The position numbers were made by a program, and so were the translations under genes. Below are positions 48,787 through 64,000 of a stretch of 64,000 bases of DNA, piece after piece (the first letter of the stretch is position 1; each line of letters starts with the position of its first letter). The stretch is from Eledone cirrhosa (taxonomy: Eukaryota). Under the pieces are notes generated by a model, which was not told where the DNA came from, searched no databases, and saw nothing but the letters and a program-made list of their open reading frames with translations. The DNA is taken from positions 16,120,001-16,184,000 of the forward strand of contig OZ024762.1 in NCBI GenBank assembly GCA_964016885.1. Direction: 5' to 3'.

Positions 48787-50214
48787 CAGGGTGTCCCCAA
48801 AAATGTATACACTCTTTGATTACTTGTTCAGTCAATATTTATTAAAATACATAGCCTTTCCCAAAAATAAAATGATCTTTAGACATAATTCAATTGTATG
48901 TAAACACCCCAAAATTTTTTACATAATTTAAATAATGCATATAAGACAGAATTTATTTTAAAGTATTTTTTTAAAGATTTTGTTGTGTATACATTTTTGG
49001 GGTACACCGTTTATATATATGTACACACACAGGAAATTAATTTTCATATTTTATATTGTGATGTATATTTCTGCTTTTCCCATGGGGCTTGCAACATGTA
49101 ATATATGGAAAATCCTTCTTCACCCCCACTTCCCACCCAATAAAACTATTGGTGCTACACTAAGGTGTCATTTGAACCAAGAGAAATGAGTGTGTGTGCG
49201 TGTGTGCTTTGGCAAGTGACATGATGTGAGACTATATGTAGAAGCATGTAAGAATCGTAGCTATTCAAAACAACACAATCTGTTAAATTCACTCTGCATT
49301 TAGTTTGTTAATTCAAATGTTTATAGTATTTTTACTAGTGGACAGGTCATTGTGAACATTTGCAGTAATAGAGTAAAGATATTGACTTTTAATGTGGGGT
49401 AGTTAATCACAGCAATGTTTTGTATTTTTCAAGTATGACTTGGTAATGGGGTTTGTTAATTCCGATGTTTATAGTATCTTTATTAGTAGACAGATAGTTG
49501 TGAAAATTTGCAGTATTAGAGTAAAGACATTGATTTTTAATGTGATGTAGTCACAGTGATGCTTTTTACTTTTTCCAGAATCTCTTGAGAATGCGGTTTC
49601 GTGTGGTACAGGACGTTAAGAGTTAAACCAAATAGAAAGACTTCTTAATTTGGCCTGCTTCTCAATATTATTCGCTGTGTATATTACTCTGAAGAACAGG
49701 AACCTTTCAAATCAGTTCCTAGTCTTTTCTAACAGCCAGGTCTAGTTAAATATTTAGAGGAATGTTCTTGTGTGTGAGGGGGGTTACAACTGGATCGGTT
49801 AATTTTAATATGTAAGCTGTTATAAATAACACAACGAGAGTAAGTTGTGTGTTCAGAGAAATATTATACATGTTTTTTAACTGTGAAACATCCAGTGTTG
49901 TAATATTTTAAAACAAAACAGTATTTTAAAAGGCTACAGCAAGGCAAATACAACATTAGATATTAGAAATAATAATAACAAAGGTGTTATAAAGTTAGCT
50001 TAGAAATATCTAATTGGTCCTTTATATTTCAGGGGAAGATTCCCCTTGTCAAAAGATTTAAAGGAATTATAGCAATACAGAAATCTGTGGGGGCATGCAA
50101 AGATTTAGTGAAGGGACACATATATTTAAGGATGGTATTATATTGTGTAAGAGTAGTTTGTGTTAAACTATAACATTAAAACATATCTTGACTGCTCTTC
50201 TGACTCAATTCACT

Positions 50215-56885
<6,671 letters not shown>

Positions 56886-56996
56886 ATAACATGGTACGAT
56901 GAATACTTATTTAAAAAATAATATATAAATAAACCTTTGTCTGTTTTGAAGGGAAATTTTAAAATAGTTTTTTTACCATTTCCTACTCATAAACAG

Positions 56997-57203
56997 AATG
57001 ATGAGGTTAGAAAGTCTAGACGCCACAAAGAAAACCAGGACGAGACCGTGCAGAATCTAGATTTCGATAGCAATAGCAACACAAGTACTGGCGACGAAAG
57101 CATTATATACGGTCCAACGACACGGAAACAATGGTCTGAATGGGTGTCTAAACCTGCGAAACAAAATAGAGAACAAAATGCAGACCAGGAGAATGTTCCA
57201 GAG
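56997..57203 (+). CDS. DOT1L: Probable DOT1L exon (NDEVRKSRRHKENQ...IIYGPTTRKQWSEWVSKP...ENVPE)
   Basis: aaacag acceptor after a pyrimidine-rich tract, GAG|gtaagc donor, 207 nt, phase 0/0, open and non-repetitive. TTRKxWSxW resembles a segment I recall from invertebrate DOT1L/grappa (unverified). Confidence 0.8.
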
Positions 57204-58304
57204 GTAAGCTGTGGTCTTATCTGAATTGGTCTATCCTGCAGAATTTGGTCCACTTAAGCTCTGTTTCAATATCCACTACCACTCAGTATATAAACATCAA
57301 CATGTTGCTCTGTTTGCTCATGTTTTTGTTAAATTTTTTTTTTCTTCTTCGACATCTGATACGAGAAAAAAGAAAAGAAAAAAAAAAAGAGTAAAAAAAA
57401 AAATTCTTAGTTTATTCGTCCATTCTACATCAAATTATTTCTTTGGTCATATAATAGTGTGTGTGTGATACTGAAGGAGAATGAGAAAAGAAATTTCTAG
57501 GGAAAATTCTTATATTAAGTAGAACTGAATCTGTGTGTAAGCACATGACATGTTTTATATATATTTGCTCTACGGTTCTTATATATTTGATATATATTTA
57601 TCCTTATCGAGCCCTCTTTGGATTTTAGTCTTCAAATTTATTATTATTACTATATATATATATATATATACACACACATATATACATAACGTATGTGCTT
57701 TTATATATATATTCATATACACACATATACATAACATGTATGTGCTTTTATATATATATATATATATATATGCACATATATATGTGTGTAGGGTGTGTAT
57801 GAAAACGTCTGAATATATACTATATGTCTATATACAATAAATATATATATGTTTATAGGTTTTCATATGAACCCACATTATGCGTAAAAGCTGTCTTAGT
57901 GTTTCTGCCAATTATATATGTGTGTGTGTGTGAGCAGAAAAACAGTTACATAAGACAAGCCATCAACTGCATCTTTACCTTATCAGCCACCTTACTGGCA
58001 AGCAGTTTCACGTATTAAGTTGGTGGTATTGCACTTGTAATGCCAGATTGTGCTGCAATTTGGAGAACCACTCTGTTAGTTAGATGCATGTGAAACAATA
58101 ACAAAATATAGAATGGTGTCTTTCAATAAGATTAACAGAGATCATCATCATCATCATCATACGTCAACTTTTACAATTAAATGGACAACAGTCAAAGCAT
58201 ATGATATGTGGTTGGAAAAAGAGAAAAAATTTAGACTTTCGTCAAAAGAATGTAGTTGGATGGCAGAGCTTAACAAAAGACACTCTGCTATATACACCAG
58301 ACAC

Positions 58305-58817
58305 GCACCCAGTGCATGCTGTAAAGTGGTTGGTGTTAGGAAAGGCATCCAGCCATAAAAAACTTGGCAAACAAAATTTTGGGAGGTCCCTTTACTTGTG
58401 CCAAGGACATGACAAACACCCAGTACACGCTGTAAAGTGGTTGGTGTTAGGAAAGGCATCCAGCCATAAAAAACTTGGCAAACAAAATTTTGGGAGGTCC
58501 CTTCAGTTGTGCCAAGGACATGACAAACACCCAGTACACGCTGTAAAGTGGTTGGTGATAGGAAGGGCATCCAGCCATAAAAAACTTGGCAAACAAAATT
58601 TTGGGAGGTCCCTTCAGTTGTGCCAAGGACATGACAAACACCCAGTACACGCTGTAAAGTGGTTGGTGTTAGGAAAGGCATCCAGCCATAAAAAACTTGG
58701 CAAACAAAATTTTGGGAGGTCCCTTTACTTGTGCCAAGGACATGACAAACACCCAGTACACGCTGTAAAGTGGTTGGTGATAGGAAGGGCATCCAGCCAT
58801 AGAAAACTTGCCAAACA
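58305..58817. repeat. 111-bp tandem repeat, about 4.6 copies, SINE-derived
   Basis: Unit contains CACCCAGTACACGCTGTAAAGTGGTTGGTGTTAGGAAAGGCATCCAGCC; 37-aa periodicity in the ORFs on both strands. Confidence 0.93.
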
Positions 58818-59199
58818 AGGGGCAAGGAATACAAGAACCCTTCAGTTTGTGTTGAAAGACACGACAACTTTTCCTCTGTACTCGATCGAATGTATGACTG
58901 ACCGTATGTAAGCGAGATGGAGACTCCTCGGCTTGTCTGGGAGGTCAGTAGCCTCGCTTCAGTGCAGACTTCGTCTATGTAGACCTATCCAACCTTTGCT
59001 TGTAGAGAAAGTGGAGGTTAAACAATGATGATGATGGTTGTGTACTTGTGTACCTTTAGGGACAAACACAGGATCTGTAAGCTGCAGTGAAGGCAGCCAT
59101 GTCTAGGAAAGCAATAGTTTCATATAAAGACTGCACGAAGGGGAAAGGTATGGACTCAGTAAGCTAAACCCTGCATTAGTAAGGACAATGTTGCCTTAA

Positions 59200-59628
59200 C
59201 CCTTTAGCATTCACATTAATCTATATATCAGGCATGTCAAACTGAGGGTCCCCCGAGGGCCACTTGTGTCACATATGTGTTGTCTGAGGGCCACTTGGGT
59301 CACGTATGTGTTGTCTGAGGGCCACACATGACAACTAATTTTTTTAATTTTATATTACGAAGATAAACCATGTTCTCACTATAAAAACCTTTGTATGGGT
59401 CGCAGGTGTGCTTATAAAGGGCTGCATGTTTGACATGCCTGCTATATATACTATTATATTTTCATAGTAGAGGCTTTACCTCGCATAATATTAAATCTAT
59501 AAGATTTTGATATGATTTATTTTGAGAACAATACCGTAACATTGGTATGGGTGGCCAGTTACAGCCGGTTTGAACAGAAAGAGGTGAGAGAGTTTTGGCT
59601 GGATATGGCTGGTTTAAATGCTAAAGGG
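59200..59628. mobile_element. TTAA-specific MITE containing a nested hAT-type MITE
   Basis: TTAA|CCCTTTAGCATT...AATGCTAAAGGG|TTAA. Confidence 0.8.
59229..59441. mobile_element. hAT-type MITE
   Basis: 14-bp TIR CAGGCATGTCAAAC / GTTTGACATGCCTG with an 8-bp TSD CTATATAT on both sides. Confidence 0.85.
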
Positions 59629-59965
59629 TTAACATGCTTGTTGTAGTAGAGTAGTATGTTTGAGGAGCTGGTTTTGGCCATATTGATACAGCTGCTCATT
59701 GGCACACTATTCGCCCTCCCACCCTCCCTCAGGCCGGTGTCCCAGCACACTTCACCAACTCCAGTAAGTTATAGATAGATGTATAGTGGCATGGTTCAAT
59801 TGTTGAGCAGCATCACCTACTGAACAGACAATCTCTATATTGATGAGATCAACAAAGATAAACTCCCGTTGATGGATCATATCTAATTAACAAAGAGAAG
59901 GGTCTTGCAAGTGGCCCCAATTATCAGACCTGTATGATATAAATGCATGGCGTTAATTACTTTTG

Positions 59966-60090
59966 ATATATATATGTGTGTGTGTATATATATGTATATA
60001 TATGTATATGTATACATGGGTATATATATGTGTATATGCATATATGTATGTATATATGCATATATATATATACATATATATATATGTATG

Positions 60091-60134
<44 letters not shown>

Positions 60135-60317
60135 TATATATATGCATATATATATGTATGTATATATATGTATATATGTATGTATATATATGTATATATG
60201 CATATATATATATGTATATATATGTTTATATATATGTATATATATGTTTATATATATGCATATATATATGTATGTGTATATATATATATATATGTTTTTA
60301 TATATACATATATATAA

Positions 60318-60362
<45 letters not shown>
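59966..60362. repeat. (TA)n/(TATG)n microsatellite
   Basis: Direct inspection. Confidence 0.95.
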
Positions 60363-60367
<5 letters not shown>

Positions 60368-60527
60368 GAATAAACAAGAAAGATGAACGCTAATATAAAC
60401 ATACATGTGTTCAAATCGTAAGGACCAAATTTGCTAGGGTGAAAAAAACCCTAGCAAATTTGGTCCTTACGATTTGAACACGTGTATGTTTATATTAGCG
60501 TTCATCTTTCTTGTTTATTCAATTATA
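60361..60527. repeat. 80-bp near-perfect inverted repeat with a 7-nt loop
   Basis: 60361-60440 versus 60448-60527; one mismatch (a G-U pair in sense RNA). Confidence 0.95.
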
Positions 60528-60780
60528 TTGTACGGCTCGGAAAATCATTTTTCTTAGAGCTATTTAATTGTAAGAGACTACATCGAGTTCTTAACTCGAT
60601 ATATATATATATACAAATGTATATAAATGCTCATTGATGTGTATATATGTATGTATATATATATATATAAATATAAATATTTACACATACACCAATTAAA
60701 CAAAGTCACAGGTATATATGTGTTTTGGCAACTTTTCACGATGTGGCTCAATGGAGAATTAATAAATTAATCAGAGCAAA

Positions 60781-60954
60781 ATACTATAGAGAAAAGCATG
60801 TCCAGAGAATTATTTGATAATATATATACATCATCTCTACTCCCAATCAGCAGTCTAATTGATTTTTTGTGTGGTTAATTATGCTGATTGGGAGTAGAGA
60901 TGAGATGATGTATATATATTATCAAATAATTCTCTGGACATGCTTTACTCTATA

Positions 60955-60958
<4 letters not shown>
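60781..60958. repeat. Inverted repeat of about 72 bp with a 29-nt loop
   Basis: 60781-60852 versus 60882-60958; one 5-nt indel and one mismatch. Confidence 0.93.
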
Positions 60959-60999
<41 letters not shown>

Positions 61000-61104
61000 T
61001 ATATTAGAAAGTCGTGAACGCGTTGGCTGAGCTCTTGTTGTTTCAACAGCTAGTTCCAGACTATATATACATATGTGTATATATATATATATATATATTC
61101 ATTC

Positions 61105-62052
61105 ATTCATTCATTTCATTTTACGTCCGCTTTTTCCCTGCTTGCAAGGGTGGGACGGGAACTGATTCTGGCTTGATTTCTACAGCTGGATGCCCTTCCT
61201 AACACCAACCTCATTTACAGTGAGTGCTGGGTGCTTTTTTTCCGTGGCACCTCCACGACCACTTTGCAGTGTGGAATGATAGGGACCCCAGTCCCTATCA
61301 TCTCATTTCTACAGCTGAGTAAACTGGAGCAATGTGAAATAAAGTGTCTTGCTCAAGGAAACAACACATCACCCGGTCGGAGAATTGAACTCACAATCTT
61401 TCGATTGCAAGGCCAATGCTCTAACCACTAAGCCATGTGCCTCCATATATATAAATATGTATATATACCCATCATCGTCATTTCATCATCATTTCATTTT
61501 ACGTCCGCTTTTTCCCTGCTTGCAAGATTGGTACAGGAAAATGATTTTGGCTTGATTTCTACAGCTGGATGCCCTTCCTAACACCAACCTCTTATACAAA
61601 TCCCTTTATTCACTATGTAACTTATTCTATCCACTCTGACATTTCAAGTTCTTATTTACAACATATGGTTTCTTGTAAACACATTGAGTGTATGGATAAC
61701 AGTGATCCTAGGTGATATCTAGTTTTCTGGCTTGATATAATTATTGTTATATACATATGTATGTGTGTGTGTGTATGTATGTATGTGTATATATATATAT
61801 ATATATATATACATACACACACACATATATATCATCATCATTTTATCATCATCATTTTACGTCAGCTTTTCCCTGCTTGCAAGGGTGGGACGGGAACTGA
61901 TTCTGGCTTGATTTCTACAGCTGAGTAAACTGGAGCAATGTGGAATAAAGTGTCTTGCTCAAAGAAACAACACATCACCCGGTCTGAGAATTGAACTCAC
62001 AACCTTTTGATTGCAAGCCCAATGCTCTAACCACTAAGCCATGTGCCTCCAT
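61105..62052 (-). mobile_element. Cluster of three SINE copies (61105-61446 full; 61471-61591 3' part; 61832-62052 internally deleted)
   Basis: Shared A/B boxes and RTE tail. The third copy lacks the segment between two ATTTCTACAGCTG direct repeats. Confidence 0.85.
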
Positions 62053-62097
62053 ATATATATATATATATGTATATATATTTGTATGTGTGTGTATATA

Positions 62098-64000
62098 TCA
62101 TCATCATCATCATTTTACGTCCGCTTTTCCCTGCTTGCAAGGGTGGGACGGATCTTATTCAGCACAGCATCTCTCCACTCGTCACGGTCCTTCGTCATCT
62201 CCACCGTGAGCTTCAATGATCTGAGGTCTGTTCTCACCACCTCCACCCATGTTTTTCGTGGTCTACCTCTACCACATCTTCCTTCAACTGGCATTTCCTG
62301 GCACTTCTTCACCCATCGGTCATCCTCCATGCGCATCACATGTCCATACCACCTCAGTCTCCTCTCCCGTACACTACATTCTATCCCTCTCAGACACAAT
62401 TTTTCTCTCAACACATTCATGCTGGGTCGTTCACGCACATTTACATTGCACATCCAACGGATCATGCATGCCTTATTTCTCTCCAGCCGTCACATATATT
62501 CTGCAGTTGCTGACCATGTCTCACTACCATGCAGCATCGCGCTCCTCACACAGGCATCATACAACCGGCCTTCCGTATGCAGGGAGAAACCCTTCTTCGT
62601 CAACAGAGGAAGCAGCTCCCTAAACTTCTTCCAACCCGTCCTTATTCTAGATACTATGGCCTCGGAACACCCTCCTCCGATGCTAATCTGATCTCCTAGG
62701 TACCGGAAGCTATCCACCACTTCTATAGCGCCCTCCTGCATTTGAAAAATGTGTCTATCAATGCAACTTCTACTGTCTAATTTCCCTGTACATCTACTGC
62801 ATACATATTTCTCCCTACCTGTTAGTTTGCCTGCTATCCCGCTACATCTCTTGTGTACCCAGGATCTGCATTGTGTGCATTTTATAGAATTTATGCCAGT
62901 TCCTTTTCTGCATATTGAACATGGCCATTTCCCTGACGGAATCAGAGTTTTGTCCTCTTTTCTACTCATCAACACTTTTGTCTTAGCTAGGTTCACTCTC
63001 AGTCTTCTTGCTTCCAACTGCTGTTTCCATAGCCAGAATTTATTCTCTAGCTCCTCTACTGATTCTGCTATAAGAACCAGATCGTCAGCATAGAGAAGTT
63101 CCCATGGACAGCCAGTCTTAAACTCCTCTGTTATGGCTTGGAGGACTATAATGAACAAGAGCGGGCTGAGGACCGAACCTTGATGTACTCCTACTTGTAT
63201 CTGGAATTCCTCACTAAACTCCATTCCTACCCTGACTTTACTGACAGCACCTCTGTACAAAGTTTGCACTGTCCTCACAAGCCATTCCTCAACACTTAGC
63301 TTCCTTAGGGACCACCAGATGACAGATCGGGGTACCCTATCAAAGGCCTTCTCTAGGTCAACAAAGGCTAAGTATACTGGCTTATTTTTCTCTAAGAACC
63401 TTTTTTGCAATTATCTCACCAAGAAGTGGGCATCTGTTGTACTCTTCCCAGGCACAAAACCAAACTGCATCTCATCTAGTTTGACCCTTTCTCTAATTAG
63501 TTGTGCTAATATCCTTTCTGCCACTTTCATAACCTGATCCATCAGTTTTATACCCCTATAATTGCTCCTCTCCTGAGCAAGTTGTCACGTAAGAAATTCC
63601 AGTTATTATCTATGTCATATGTCTCTAAATCGTCTTCTTTTTTGTCATATACATCTTGAAGGGCTTTCAGACCTTTCTTCTCCACACCTTCCTATATGTC
63701 TCATTCCATCTCTTGCTTACTGAGATATCACTAATGACTAACCTATGCTGTGGGGTACATTCTTCCCCAGGGTATGCCTTGGTATTAGACACTATCTGCC
63801 TGTCCCGCTGCCTAACTAGTAAGAAGTCAATCTGGCTTATGTGCTCACCAGATTTGTAGGTTATTAGGTGATTGGCAGGTTTCTGAAAGTTTGTGTTGCA
63901 AATAGTCAATGTACCTGCATCACAAAATTCAAGAAGTCTCACTCCTTTTTCATTTCTTGAGCCGTAACCGTGCCCACCATGTACCCCAGTGTAACCATCC
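62098..64000 (-). mobile_element. RTE-clade LINE (endonuclease C-terminus, RT and C-terminal domain); degenerate, continues beyond the window
   Basis: APE motif SQIDF...QHRLV; RT motifs NYRGIKL, QFGF.PG, FVDLEKAFDRV, GVHQGSVLSPLLF, YADD, FRYLG; RRLRWYGHV. Has stops, a frameshift and a deletion near 63576. Confidence 0.95.

Noticed and set aside
49579-49626. Good acceptor followed by NLLRMRFRVVQDVKS*
   Set aside because: Weak donor and no recognisable homology; such acceptors are common by chance in AT-rich introns.
48667-50180. Direct repeat of about 80 bp (48667 and 50097) and a tandem pair of about 149 bp (49310-49570)
   Set aside because: Diverged local duplications without LTR features (no TG...CA ends, PBS or internal ORF).
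59692-59763. 72-nt in-frame candidate exon ending CCA|gtaagt
   Set aside because: The acceptor lacks a polypyrimidine tract and the peptide is unrecognised.

Overview
AT-rich, repeat-dense animal genomic DNA, most likely an octopod cephalopod (inferred from the SINE/RTE repertoire and the huge (TA)n arrays). The window lies inside one large + strand gene, DOT1L (histone H3K79 methyltransferase). Six phase-consistent GT-AG exons at 6901-18392 encode the C-terminal half of the catalytic domain (NMDKVFVKWMKWYGKKH...VIFVNNFAFG...VSWTG...LEIYFQRIKNPKLR), and two probable downstream exons lie at 47011-47085 and 56997-57203. Start and stop codons are outside the window. The introns hold a 4.3-kb 29-bp minisatellite, other 40/48/50/55/70/111-bp tandem arrays, about 17 kb of interrupted (TA)n, Tc1/mariner and DD37D remnants, piggyBac/hAT/Tigger-type MITEs, tRNA-derived SINEs and RTE LINE fragments. 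Nearly all ORFs in the supplied track are repeat artefacts. Most notable: (1) an inverted mariner pair brackets exactly the six catalytic exons (417 nt, phase 0 at both ends), a candidate circRNA or in-frame skipping module; (2) there are many long fold-back hairpins; (3) a minimal hammerhead ribozyme lies on the minus strand; (4) a PHD-type finger is inserted within the LINE reverse transcriptase; (5) every unit of the 29-bp array contains a splice-donor-like motif. Coordinates were read by eye; repeat boundaries are approximate.
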